Source: Centroscyllium fabricii
Taxonomy: Eukaryota
Direction of reading: 5' to 3'
DNA length: 64,000 nucleotides
NCBI GenBank assembly: GCA_051313645.2
Contig: JBNRSN020000058.1
Span: 806,001-870,000 of the forward strand
Shown here: positions 48,670-60,747 of the stretch, one piece after another
How positions within the stretch are numbered: the stretch's first letter is position 1
Layout of the letters: every line of letters begins with the position of its first letter
Notes under the pieces: model-generated
Database searches by the model: none
Seen by the model: the letters and a program-made list of their open reading frames with translations, nothing else
What the model was told of the DNA's origin: nothing
Program-made: the position numbers and the translations under genes

Positions 48670-49100
48670 CAGGTTTGATGATCCGGCCAGGCTCGGGGAA
48701 GCTCGCAGTGGCCAGGCTCCGTGAAGCTCGCAGCGGCCAGGCTCGGGGAAGCTCGCAGTGGCCAGGCTCGGGGAAGCTCGCAGCGGCCAGGCTCGGGGAA
48801 GCTCGCAGCGGCCAGGCTCGGGGAAGATCGCAGCGGCCAGGCTCCGCGAAGCTCGCAGCGGCCAGGCTCGGGGAAGCTCTCAGCGGCCAGGCTCAGGGAA
48901 GATCGCAGCGGCCAGGCTCGGCTCGGCCATTGTGAATGATCTGCGCATGCGCTCGCCGTTCGGCGGCGCTTGCGCAGATCATTTGCCGAAGCATCAATCG
49001 CGGTGGCCATTTTGCGCATGCGCGGGGCAGTCGGGCAAATTATTGCTGGACGTTCGAAGTTGCCGGTTTTTTGGGTGCCGGATTAACGAACTTCAACCTG
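48670..49100. mobile_element. pogo/Tigger-like MITE (right TIR clear, left end uncertain)
   Basis: Right end gggtgccggattaacgaacttcaacctg|TA. 48925-49040 is closely related to 56570-56770. CR1 remnants lie at 48318-48360 and 49103-49205. Confidence 0.6.
48684..48921 (+). repeat. 25-bp minisatellite, about 9.5 copies
   Basis: Unit cggccaggctcggggaagctcgcag with point variants. Confidence 0.95.
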
Positions 49101-50332
49101 TACTTAAAATCTATGCCCCCTGGTAATTGACCCCTCTGCTACGGGAAATAGGTCCTTCTGATCCACGCTATCTAGGCCCCTCATAATATTTTACACCTCA
49201 ATTAACTCCCTCCGACCAGCCCCCTAATTCAGAGGCACTCCAGCTCCTCATTACTCAGTCCAATCGCCATCCAATTCACAGAAGCATTCTCTCCCGTTCC
49301 AAGCCTCTTTGTTTATGCTGGCACTGACTCCTCCTCTTCCACAGTTAAAGCTAGCTCTCTTCTCTGCCATCAACTCCCCCACCCCTGAGTTCATACTGGC
49401 TCTACTCCTCCTTGACACCTACTCCCAAATTCAACCTTGCAATCTTGTTCTCACCCCCCCCCCCCCCCACTCCCTCAATTCAAGTGAAGGCTCTCCTGAT
49501 GTTCCAACTCCCCTGGGTCATTCTGGTACTCTTCTTCCTACCACCCCCCCTTCACCAGTTCAACCACTCACTCTTCATCCCTTTGCCTAACTTCATGCTG
49601 GCATTATTTCCTGCTCAGCTCTCAATCTACCTTTGTCATTCTGACACTCTCCGTCCCACAACCCTCGTTTAAGTGGATATTGCAAGACTCTGTGATAGCC
49701 AGACCTGAAGAAAGTCTGAGAAAATTCCACATGAACGACTGCCTCAGAAGCGAAGGGTGTTGCCTGTTTTAGGTAAAATTTGGAGTTCAATGAGGAATTG
49801 GCTAAAAGAGAGGAGCAGGGGGTACTGGTCAGGAGATAGATACTAGGCTGGGGAGATATACTGAGTGGAGTGTGTCCAAAGGATTGGTTCTGGGAAATGT
49901 ACTGAGTGGAATGTTTTGGGGATCGGTGCTGGGGAGATGTTCTGAGGGGGCGTCCAGTGTTAGGGAACTATACAGACAAGAGTGCCCTAGGGATCGGTGA
50001 TGGAGAGATGTATAAAGTGGAGCGCCATCTATGTATTCAGCAAGAAGGATTTAGTCCAGCAAGGGTTAACAATACATGTTAAGAGTTTCTCAGAATGGAG
50101 CTGGAATTTACAGACAGCTGTGTGAAATTTTACCTTATTGTATCAATGGAAACAAAAAGGAAGTTGGTCAGATATTTTCTCCGAAAAAGCTTCTTTCTGC
50201 TTACAAAATTTTTGTTTCTTCATGACTGTAATAAGAATAATTTAACTCAACATTTGGATTCTTGGAGTGTTTCTGATTCTTCTTCTTGAACACTGAATGG
50301 AGAATATTTTGGCCTGTCTGACATTGTATTAA

Positions 50333-50781
50333 CAGTTGGTAGCACCCTCGCCTCCGAGTCAGAAGGTTGAGGGTTCAAGTCCCATGCCAGAGACTTGAGC
50401 ACAAACATCCAGGCCGACACTCCAGTGCAGTACCGAGGGAGCGCTGCACTGTCGGAGGTGCCATCTTTCGGATGAGACATTAAACCGAGGCCACGTCTGC
50501 TCCCTCAGGTGGACGTAAAAGATTGCAAAGCACAATTTAAAAGAACAGCGAGGTACTTATCCCTGGTCTCCTGGCCAATATTTAGCCCTCATCAACATCA
50601 CAAAAAAATGATCTGGTCATTATCACATTGCTGTTTGTGGGAGCTTGCTGTGTACAAATTGGCTGCCGTGTTTCCTACATTACAACAGTGACTACATTTC
50701 AAAAAGTACTTCATTGGCTGTAGAGCGCTTTGGGGCGTCCTGAGGTCATGAAAGGCGCTATATAAAATCAAAGTCTTTCTT
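50333..50781 (+). mobile_element. Deu-domain SINE (SacSINE1/AmnSINE1-like), nearly full length
   Basis: tRNA-like head (ggtagcaccctcgcctccgagtcagaaggttgagggttcaagtccc), core gcactgtcggaggtgccatctttcggatgagacattaaaccgagg, L2-like tail gaaaggcgctatataaa. Confidence 0.8.
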
Positions 50782-51631
50782 CATTAAACTATGGGAATTT
50801 GCAATGGTTTAGCAACAGTGTTGTGAAATGTATTCTGTGCTTTAAAATATATGTTTTTCAACGTCTTTCAGAAGCACTTGGGAACTTCCTTTTGGACATT
50901 TACTGTAAGGCTGCAAATATCATAGGGAATATACTTCATTCCCCCCAGGGTGTCCCATTTCCTGGTAAATCCAACACAAAAGGAAACTTCTGGAAGCATA
51001 AACAACCGCAAGATTAACCAAAGATAGTGGCGATGACCCTTGTGCCAGGACAAAGCGCAACGGATTTTGTGTTTAATCTTTTTTTTTAAAAATAATTTCT
51101 GATTTGTTAAGTAACGTGACTTTCAGTATAGGCGGAGTGTGGAAGGCGTTCCTCGAGGGAGAAATGACACCTAGCATGAAATAAACATTCAGCTGGCTAA
51201 AGCAAAACCACACTGTTGTGGGAAGGAAAGCCCACAAAGAATGAAAATAGAAAGGGTCCAAGGCCTTGGCAGAGTGACATTATGAAAAAAACTCAGCAGT
51301 GACTCATTTTGGCAGTCTACCTCAAACCCTGCATAGCCTCTGGCAAAAAGCCTCAAAGGAGACCCATGGCCACTGCCAAGCCATGAAACATCACAAGTAT
51401 TATCTGAGAAAGCATCTAGACCTTTTTTTAAACTGTTTTGTTGACATTTCTTTAGTTGCCAAAGAAATATTGTTATATATGCCTCATGAATGCCAATAGT
51501 ATCTGCAATATTATATGCAGCAATTCAGAACACATTTCAGGTTTTTTAAATTACAAATTAAAGGTTGTTTGTTTTATGAGAGGACTGTATTGTAACATTG
51601 CCTGAATCATCAGAATTACTCTTAAAGTCTA

Positions 51632-52395
51632 GGGCCTAGAAATTCGGTGGCTTGCACCTGCCGTTAGCACCCAAAAAGGCCGCTAATGGGGCGCAAGACA
51701 CTTAGTGCCTGCGCTGCCGCCTCCCGCGCTATTCAGTGGGGCGCTGATGTGGGCGGTAGCGCCCCATTGAATATTACACGCTGTTCGCCGCTAGGGATGA
51801 TGTCATAAGTGCGCGCAGCGCCACTCTGGCGCCAGCAATTGAAATTGGGTAGCGCCCGCTGAGTTTTCGGCAGGCGCCGCCCGTGACAGCTTTTTCCTGT
51901 CGTAACTGTAGCGGGGGAGTGCTGCTTAAAGGGGAGGGTGCCGGGCAGCCATTTTTATTGCTGGCTGACTGCCATCACCTTCCCCCTCTGCCGCCCCCGC
52001 TGTCCCCCCCCCTCCACCCCCACGGTGTCCTACCTCAACTCACTGAGCCCGGCACATCCCTCGAGTGCCGGGCTCCTTCGGCATCCTGGCGTCCCACGGC
52101 GGTCCCGCGGGGCTCCGGCCACAACCGCGCTAGGCCCCTCCCCTTTAATCGGGGCGGAAGGCCTGCAGTACCGCGGCGCGCCACTCTTGCTGCGTGTCGC
52201 AGCGACCCCCAGCGCCCGGAATCTCGGCTGCAGCACCTAAAGAACGAGGTCGGGCGCCTGTATTAGCACCCGACCTCCTACTATGGGCGCTACAACCGAA
52301 TGTCAGCGCTAACGGCGCCAGCGTTAGGCAGGCGCTAAAAGTAGCGCACCGCCGAGGTTAGCGCCAGAAAACGTGCGCCACCGAATTTCTAGCCC
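51632..52395. mobile_element. Harbinger-type MITE, CpG-rich
   Basis: TIRs ctagaaattcggtggc / gccaccgaatttctag with GGG/CCC termini. Subterminal regions are dense in agcgcc/ggcgct units. No matching TSD seen. Confidence 0.7.
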
Positions 52396-52459
52396 AACGA
52401 TTTACAATTAGCATTATTTTGATGTCAAGGTTAACACTTTTAAGATAACAAGGTCAATA

Positions 52460-53209
52460 CAGGTTGAGCACCGGTAATCCGGCACCCGATGGTCTGGCAG
52501 CTTCAGTGGTTTGGCACGAATCGAAACCGGCGGTGCCAGCATTTCCCAGGCAGGGTGAGCGAGCGCCGAAGGCGTCGGGCGTTTTGGTTTCTGCTTTTTA
52601 GTGTTCTATCCCCATGCTCCCTCCGGGGAGTTTTCTACCACACGCCCCGGGGAGTGTTCTACTGCGCGCTCCGGGGAGTTTTCTACCACGCGCCCCGGGG
52701 AGTGTTCTACCGCACGCTCCGGGCCCCGGGGAGTTTTCTACCGCACGCTCCGGGGAGTGTTCTACCACACGCTCCGGGCCCCGGGGAGTGTTCTACCGCA
52801 CGCTCCGGGCCCCGGGGAATGTTCTACCGCACGCTCCGGGCCACGGGGAATTTTCTACCGCGGGCCCCGGGGAGTGTTCTACCGCATGCTCCGGGCCCCG
52901 GGGAGTGTTCTACCGCACGCTCCGGGCCCCGGGGAATGTTCTACCGTGGGCCCCGGGGAGTGTTCTACTGCACGCTCCGGGGAATGTTCTACTGCGCGCT
53001 CCGGGCCCCAGGGAGTGTTCGACCGCACCCTCCGGGGCCCGGGGAATGTTCTACCATGCGCTCCAGGCCCGGGGAGTGTTCTACTGCGCGCTCCGGGCCC
53101 CGGGGAGTTTTCTACTGCGCGTTCCCCCCGAACTTTCAGTGGTTCCGAATTTTCAGTAGTCCGGCACTGGCCTGGTCCCGAGGGTGCCGGATTAATGGTG
53201 CGTAACCTG
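52460..53209. mobile_element. pogo/Tigger-like MITE with expanded internal minisatellite
   Basis: TA|caggttgagcaccggtaatccggcaccc ... gggtgccggattaatggtgcgtaacctg|TA. 52601-53125 is an array of ggggagtgttctaccgcacgctcc(gggcccc) units of about 24 and 31 bp. Confidence 0.9.
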
Positions 53210-53325
53210 TATTGCATTAGAATAACGCTAATCTGGGAATCTATGCATTAGTATGTAAATTAGTTTACTTTTTTTTATGTATCAAAATTCTTTTTAGTTA
53301 CATTTCTTGCCACATCTGCTGCATT

Positions 53326-54049
53326 GGGCCAACATTTTGCGATCGGAGGTTTCCCGCGGGCGGATGCCTCCGACCTGCAAAAATTCTACAAATGTACCTG
53401 GTGTCCTGGGAGATACGGAGGTTTGCAATCCTGGGCCTGTCCGGGTCCGTGCCGGTAGAGGCCCAAGTATCCCAGGGGCACAGGTGGTTCGTAGGCGCCC
53501 CTAGGATCACATGGGCCAGCCCAACCAATAAAAGAACTCCAATAAGTGTGAATGGGGATCACGTAAAAAATACACCAACACATGAAATACATTTTTTTTA
53601 AATTTCATATTTAAAATTAATTAAAATGCTATTTAATTAAATATTTTAAACAAAAACTTCTTTTGGAAAAACAAATAATATGTTTTTATGGAGCAAAAAA
53701 TAAACTTACCTTATTGAAGAGTATTTTTAATTTATAAATGAGCGATAACATTTTATTTTTCTATATTTTAAAATTCTTACACCTGGTAAAACTGGCTTAA
53801 GGCCTGCTTTTACCAGGCGTAAAAATTTGACAGGCATTCAGCGGGCGGAGGTTGTGCAAACAGTGCAACTGTCCACCTGCGGAGGCCCTTCTCTCGGGGA
53901 TGCGGAGGATCTGTCAAGACGATTCTTGGCAGATCACAAGTGCCGGGTTTTCGCGCATGCGTTTTGCATGCCTAAACCCAGAACTTGCACAGCCCCTACG
54001 GGCGCGCACACACCTCGTACGCAACCGTAATGATCGCAAAATATGGCCC
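53326..54049. mobile_element. Harbinger-type MITE with ATT TSD
   Basis: att|gggccaacattttgcgatc ... gatcgcaaaatatggccc|att. Confidence 0.8.
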
Positions 54050-55024
54050 ATTAAGTGCTGTGATGATGGGGCAGGGGTTTTGTTTCTGATATCATACACA
54101 TAAGATTTGTTTTTTTAAATGATCACATCCCAGGTTCGTGATACCGGTCCTGCAGCTGTATGATTTTCAGCAGGAAGGCCAATCAAACCAAGTTATGAAC
54201 AGAAATTATTTATGTGTGCACTAAAAAATATTTTAAAAATAATATTTAAAATTAAATACGATTCTTCTGTCAACTTAGATGTCTCTAGGGAAACAGGCAA
54301 ATATTGATTCTAAAACATAATTTAATGTCTCTCCCTTTCCTCAACATTAAAAAGTTAATTATTTTTAAGCACTGCAGTGGCTTAGTGCATTTAATCTATC
54401 AGGAGTGTACAGAAGGCACTAAGACGAGCATTGAGGCCAAGTCAGCCCCTATGTGAAACCGGGACAGGTTGAAAGATGTCACTGTTGTGAATCTCCTGGT
54501 GGCCAGTTTAAAGCAGCATTGGTAAGGGACTGGGATGTGGTAAGCTGCTATCTGTATGAGACATAGGGAGACCATGCAAACTTTGCAAGGGCATTATTTT
54601 CTCCTTCTTTAGTTTCCCCTCCCCATGCATTATGTCATTCTCCAACTGACCAGACTGATAAGTAACCCATTCACTGCTCTTGTTTCACGCAAAGGAACAA
54701 CAGAAGAAACCATTTTGTCGAACTCAAATTGAGCGAGACTATTACAATAAGCCACCATCCACATTTTTTATTTCTTGTATTACACTGATAGACAACTTGT
54801 GTCTGGTAGCACTTGTGTGCTGTTGTATTGGTGGTAAGCACGATGGAGGCGAGACGAGTCTTTGCCGGTAGCGCAAAATGGGTGATCGCGAATTGGCAGC
54901 CAGCTTTATACCCCCGCTTGACTTTCTTTTCCATGTTGAAAGTACATAATTCATTTTGGAATTTTTGATAATCCCTGAATAAAACTTAGTTTTCAATTTT
55001 TATAAAAATATAGTAAAAGAAAAA

Positions 55025-55298
55025 TAAAGAACTTGCATTTATGTAGCACCTTCCACAACCTCAAGATGTCTCAAAGTGTTTTGCAGCCAAGTAAGTATTT
55101 TCTGAAGTGTAGGCACTGTTGTAGTGTAGGAAACACAGCAGCCAATTTGCACACAGCAAGGTCCCACAAACAGCAATGTGATAATGACTAGATCATTTGT
55201 TTTAGTGATGTTGGTTAAGGGATAAATAATAGCCAAGACACCGGGGAGAACTCCCCTGCTCTTCGAATAGTGCCATGAGACCTTTTACATCCACCTGG
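55025..55298 (-). mobile_element. Deu-type SINE, 3' half
   Basis: Reverse complement of the 50505-50781 type. A more decayed copy lies at about 55885-56200. Confidence 0.7.
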
Positions 55299-56508
55299 TG
55301 TACTGTCCCTTTAAAAATTGGCAGGCAGAAATTGTACATGTGTGTGTTTAGGGAGGGAGGATCTGTGTCCTTCCCTCTCTGCTCCCCTCCAGTGGGCTGC
55401 AGGCCGCAGAGTCAAAACAGTAGAAAGCAGCCTGCCAAGTCATCGAATCTTGAAATAATTAGCAGCATATGTAAGAGAACCTCAGGGTGACAGGGTAAGG
55501 AAACAGCCAAGAAAAACAAAGTGGACAATTCATTTTCTGCAAGCAAATTAAAAAATGTCATGCCTTGGGGCCCTCTGCCTACTCTGATTTAAAATAAGAT
55601 GGAAATAAATGAAAAGACTCTGAAATCTTACTCTATCTATATGGTGCTCACATAGCAGAGCGGCAGCTAGAGGAAAGGCTCATTGTGCAGCCATTATTGA
55701 AGCTGCAATCTCCACTTTAAATACACTGGATGGTTATCCAACTTAAGGTAACAGCAAAATTTTAAAGGTTTTAAATGAGAGAAGTTGACGGCAAAGACTA
55801 TTGAAGCAGCAGAGAGAAGGGGCTGATCTCTGTAAAACCAATATACAGAAGAACAAGGAAACCAGGGGATAAATGTTAGCAAAGCAAGAACCTCCATTTA
55901 TATGTTGCCTTATCACATCACTCAGAAACAACCCAAAACACTTCATACAGAATGAATTGGAGCCACTGTTGTAGGTAGGTGAACATGCCACAACTTTGCA
56001 CACAGCAGTGTCCACAAACAGCAAAAAGATTGTTGGTGATGTGGTTTAGGAAAGAATGCTGCTAGGACATGAGGAAGAATCACTGTTCTTTTTCAAATAG
56101 TGTCATGGAATCTGTAAAGTTCACTTGAACCATGTGCACAGACAAGTTTAACATTGCAATAGAAGGATGGAACATCTGACAATGCAGCACTCCCTCAGTA
56201 TGGCAGAAAGTGAGAATTGGGAGGCCCAAGGCCGGTCCAAAATTGGGCCATGGGCCTCATTAGTATTAAGTGGGCGAGCTTCCGGTGTCTGTTGTGCCTC
56301 CACAGGCAGCTCATCCATTTGCAGGAATGTCCCAGGAGGTGTGGGGAGGGGGGGTGGCAATGGGGCAGGGGGTGGCAATGGGGCAGGGGGTGTGGATGGA
56401 ATAGGGTGGAGTTAAGGGATCTAACCTTTGGGCACCTGTAAAATGGGGGCAACAAGGTCCAATTTCTACCACAACATCTTGAGTGAGAGCACTTTCTTCT
56501 TTCCAGTA

Positions 56509-56839
56509 CAGGTTGAAGACCGTTAATCCAGTAACCATTAAGCCGGCAGCTTCAGTCGTACCGGCATAAATTGCCCCGCCTGCACAAAATGGCCGCCACG
56601 ATTGATGCTTCGGCAAATGATCTGCGCATGCGCCACCGAATGGTGAGCGCATGCGCACAGCATTCAAAATGGCCGCCGGAACTTTTGAATGATCTGCACA
56701 TGCGCCGCCGAACGCATGTGCAGACCATTCAAAAGTTCCGGTGGCCATTTTGAATGCTGTGCGCATGCGCCACCGTGGCTTCAATCAGTCAGCGTAGGGT
56801 GCTGGTCCCGACCCTGCCGGATTAATGGTGTTCAACCTG
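56509..56839. mobile_element. pogo/Tigger-like MITE with GCGCATGCGC-rich body
   Basis: TA|caggttgaagaccgttaatcc ... ggattaatggtgttcaacctg. Confidence 0.8.
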
Positions 56840-57894
56840 CAATGTCAAAATATATATGAAATGTATTGAAATTATTTGCATATACTAGATTACTGATAAC
56901 TTGATTGCATTCTAATAAACCATTAGAAAATATGGATGAATACAACTATCAAAAATAACTGATATAATGTGAACTTATGAAATCCTATTGCTAGTTCACA
57001 CTGTATATATCGCTGATCTATTATTGTTCTGCAAGTGTCTTTAACATTCTTGCAACTGTCTCCTTGATTAGATTTTATGATTATTTTTCCTGTCAAATTC
57101 TGAGGCGTTGGATGAATTTAGGGAATGCTGACTTCATATTTTGAAATAAGCTGCAACGGTTCACACAAAGGATAGAAGGATAATGTATCTCCACAGAGAC
57201 ATGATCCCTTTACAAGGCCTCAACGTTCAGGATACAGTAAAGCTATGAAAATTCACCTCCAAATTTTGTTATAGATATCCAGCCTGTACATAAATGTAGG
57301 TGCTTGAAATGAACTGAATTAAAACGATAAATAACTGTGGAGAATGTAATTATTTATTTTAACACCAAGATAAGAAGGGACATAAATTTATCCCTGCTAG
57401 CAATGAGTAAATGCTGTGGTTTGTGTGTTTGTCCATTCAAACCCTTCCCTCCCCCACTCTGCAAAAATAATTTGGCTTCCTACATCTACCCTCATCCAGC
57501 CTGGAAACCTCCACGGACACAAATGTCTCATTTCACTTTAGCAGTGCAGTAAGTCTCCATTTCATGGTCACTTCCATCTACAAGCATGCACAATGATCTG
57601 GACAAGCTGGAAAAACCTCACCCTTTACTGAAAGCCTGCGTGGAACTTAGATCTTCTCATCAGAGGTACAACACTCACACAGCAACCACCATACTGTCAT
57701 TTATTTTAATCATTACAAATCATGTAAAACATGATTTTGAAAGTGGAAAACACAGATTTTGAAAGCAGAATGTAAAGTTCATCATGCAAGAATAAGAGAT
57801 TGTTTTGTGATGGATAGCAGATGACAGGTGTAAGGACCAAAATTATATGTGTCAATATTTCCTTCAAATAAATACAGATTTTGGCCATCCCCAT

Positions 57895-58255
57895 TTTACA
57901 TGTTTAATTAAATTGTATTTTAATTAATTTTAAATATATAAAAAAAATACTCGTTATGTAAATGAGTTTTTTAATGTGCTCCCCATTCATGCTTATGGGG
58001 ATTCCATACGTACAGAATCCCCATAAGCATAAATGGGGATCCCCCTTCTGTCATTCGTTGGGCCAGCCCACGTGACCCCAGGGGCGCTTGCGAACCGCCT
58101 GCACCCCTGGGATAAGTGAGTCTCTACGCATGTCTACGCAGAGAGGCCCAGGAGCGCGAGTCTCCGTGGATCCAGGACCATCAGGTAGGTTCGTAGAGTT
58201 TTTGCCGTTCGGAGGCATCCACCCCCGGGAAACTTCCGATTGCAAATTCAGGCCC
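57895..58255. mobile_element. Half copy of the 53326-54049 MITE family, opposite orientation
   Basis: cggaggcatccacccccgggaaacttccgattgcaaattcaggccc is the reverse complement of about 53326-53375. Confidence 0.7.
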
Positions 58256-58265
58256 AATAAAAATA

Positions 58266-58393
58266 GCAAAAGCAAAATACTGCGGATGCGGGAAATCGGA
58301 AATAAAAACAGAAAATGCTGGAAATACTCAGCCAGTCAGGCAGCATCTGTGGAAAGAGAAACAGAGTTAACATCTCAGGTCGATGACCTTTCA
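58266..58393 (-). mobile_element. Penelope-like pseudo-LTR fragment, hammerhead core truncated
   Basis: Matches 38537-38658 and stops inside the CUGANGA core. Confidence 0.75.
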
Positions 58394-58451
58394 AGCAACG
58401 CTTTTTTTATAAACTCAATCTTTGAACCCAAGGAAGAGGTTGGCATTATGT

Positions 58452-58582
58452 ACATAGAACATAGAACATACAGCACTGTACAGGCCCTTGGGCCCTCAAT
58501 GTAGTGCCGCGCTTAGTCCGTCTCTGATTTTTCCTGTCCCCCCTACTCTTCCTTCCCCTCCATGTACCTATCTATCATCCTT
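58452..58582 (-). mobile_element. Very short CR1 3' end
   Basis: Almost identical to 37184-37312. Confidence 0.9.
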
Positions 58583-59298
58583 CATCCTTGTAGAACTTTA
58601 TTAGTAGACTTGCGTTGTTAGTGGCATTTCTTTGCATTGGTGGACTAAAAATATCAATATAGACAATTAGAGAAGACAGCAGATCCCAGTAATTTTAGTA
58701 CAAACTGATGTTATACGTCACACTTTGAAGAAGCTTTGATATACCAAAGTCAGCATGTGTTTTTATTGCATTTCAGAATGCATCAATTAAAAGGACTGTG
58801 CATACCATTCTCATGTATGTGACAATATCACACACGAATACTGATAAACTGTACCCAACTGATGCTTACCATGTAATTACCACAAACCTTTTCTATTTTG
58901 CACTATATCGATACTTCTTCCAACAGATACATACATGTACAATATTTACATGGAGAAAATAACATCAGTTACAAATGTAACGAGTTAATGCACTTTCTAC
59001 ATGAAAGTATTAATGCCACTATGACTGTAGACTGAAACATCACTACATATGACTAAATATTCCAGAAACTGTTACAATCAGCAAGTTGAGCAGGTAAAAT
59101 GTTGAAGGCTTCCTTTCTATGTGAAAGATGGAACTGAATAATTGACATAGAAAGAGGAAAGTTGATACTGGGGACAGAATTGAGCAATATAAACATGTTT
59201 TACCTCAAGAAATAAGGTAAATTAAATATCCTCTTATATTGTAAAGTTAATATATACATATCACTGTGATCTGAGGTAATGACTGTGAGGGAATAGAT

Positions 59299-59517
59299 CA
59301 GCGGTCCCCAACCGCCGGTCCGCGACCCGGTTCCGGTCCGCGGGACATTCTTACCGGGCCGCGGAACGGTCCGAACCTCGGCGCATGCGCAAATCATTCG
59401 CCAACGTCTAGCGAGGCACAGACAGAAGACACCCCGTCCCCGGTCAGTCAAAAAAACTCCGCCAGCACCGCCCCCCCCCCCACCCCCGGTCAGACAAAAA
59501 AATCTGCCAGCACTTCC
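59299..59517. mobile_element. hAT (Charlie/Buster-type) MITE left end, interrupted by the Gypsy element
   Basis: Begins cagcggtccccaacc, a typical hAT TIR start, and is preceded by gaatagat (nnnTAnnn pattern). The other end is outside the window. Confidence 0.6.
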
Positions 59518-59808
59518 TGTGGTAACCCTTTTATGTAACTGTTTTACCACTGTATTATTGTGCCAATAATGGGCTGTGCAGATGTAAGGCACAGCCCTGT
59601 AACCTGTGTAATACTGTTGGGAGCCAGGTCAGCCACACCTCTAACTCCTCCCCCAGGTGAGGCCCTTTATAGGTGGAAACTGACCGAGGCTCCTCATTCC
59701 TGTACAGAAGTTCGTTCCGGAGGGTAGCTCCGTTCTTAGCTATTAAAAGCCTTTAGTTTCGGTAACTACTCGTCGACTCTTTTAATCTGAGATATTGACG
59801 ATACGTCA
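59518..59808 (+). repeat. Gypsy 5' LTR (about 291 bp)
   Basis: The start is fixed by identity to the 3' LTR start. The end at ...gatacgtca is inferred from the TG...CA rule and analogy with 27201-27468. TATA-like tttatag near 59666, attaaa at 59742. Confidence 0.75.
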
Positions 59809-59832
59809 ATTTTAATCGCTAAGTATTTCCAA

Positions 59833-60747
59833 ATGGAGAGCAGCGCAGTTAAACCTGAGAAGCTGGACATCAGTCCCCAGGACCTGGCCGCTGCTACCAC
59901 GTTCGAACACTGGTTCGGCCTCCTGGAGGCCTACATGGACGCCGCCAAGGCTACATCGGACAGGAACAAACTGCAGGTCCTCCAGTCGAGGATCTCCAGC
60001 AGGGTATTCTCCCTCATCAGAAACGCCTCAACCTACACAGCGGCTGTACTACAACTACGAAAATGCTACGAGCGCCCGGTCCATTCGGTCTACGCCCGAC
60101 ATGTGCTTGCGACCAGATCTCAGCTACCGGGTGAGTCCAATGAGCAGTTCGAGCAAGCGCTCCAGGCCCTGGTACGGGTCTGTGGCTGCCAAGCCAGAAC
60201 AGCTGAAGAGGCGGCGAATCTCCTCGTTCGGGACGCTTACGTTACGGGACTAAGGTGTGTGGAAACCCGCCAGCGGCGACTGGAGAAAGACAATCTATCC
60301 CTCGAGGAGGCGATTAAGATAGCCAACTCAGTAGAGGGGGGCCGAAACAAGTTACAGGCGTACAGCGGCACTAACCCGCAAGCCTACGACATATGGGCCG
60401 CGTCACAACGGGCCCAGGCCTGGGCAGCACCACAACGGGCCGAGACCCCCACGATGGCTGCGACAGCCACAAAAGATAAGCGCTGCTACTTCTGCAGCCA
60501 GGGACTGTACCCAAGAGCGAGATGCCCAGCCAGGATAGCGACCTGTGAGAGATGCGCTAAGAAAGGTCATTACGCTAAAGCCTGCAGATCAGCTCCAGCA
60601 GCGCCTAACCCAAGGTACAACAGTGCAGCCTGTGAGAGCACCGACAGACACCAGGTAAGCTGCAATAGCAGCGCGATCCAGCGACGGTCCGGGGGTAGAC
60701 AACAAGCGCCCCCATCTCCCACCCCCAACGCGGCCGGCTGTGTGTGA
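59833..60747 (+). CDS. Gypsy Gag (probably frameshifted near its end from an originally longer gag-pol)
   Basis: 304-aa ORF with zinc knuckles CYFC...RARCP and CERCAKKGHYAKAC. Confidence 0.85.
   Translation: MESSAVKPEKLDISPQDLAAATTFEHWFGLLEAYMDAAKATSDRNKLQVLQSRISSRVFSLIRNASTYTAAVLQLRKCYERPVHSVYARHVLATRSQLPGESNEQFEQALQALVRVCGCQARTAEEAANLLVRDAYVTGLRCVETRQRRLEKDNLSLEEAIKIANSVEGGRNKLQAYSGTNPQAYDIWAASQRAQAWAAPQRAETPTMAATATKDKRCYFCSQGLYPRARCPARIATCERCAKKGHYAKACRSAPAAPNPRYNSAACESTDRHQVSCNSSAIQRRSGGRQQAPPSPTPNAAGCV

Noticed and set aside
48675-49130. Overlapping repetitive ORFs (ARLGEARSGQ...)
   Set aside because: Translations of a 25-bp minisatellite whose period is not a multiple of three.
52601-53125. 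Regular repeat array resembling CRISPR, with long ORFs in all three frames
   Set aside because: Units are contiguous without unique spacers, there are no cas genes, the context is eukaryotic, and the ORFs are stop-free by-products of a GC-rich minisatellite inside a MITE.
58366-58393. Possible fourth hammerhead
   Set aside because: The CUGANGA core is truncated and GAAA is altered to GAGA on the minus strand.
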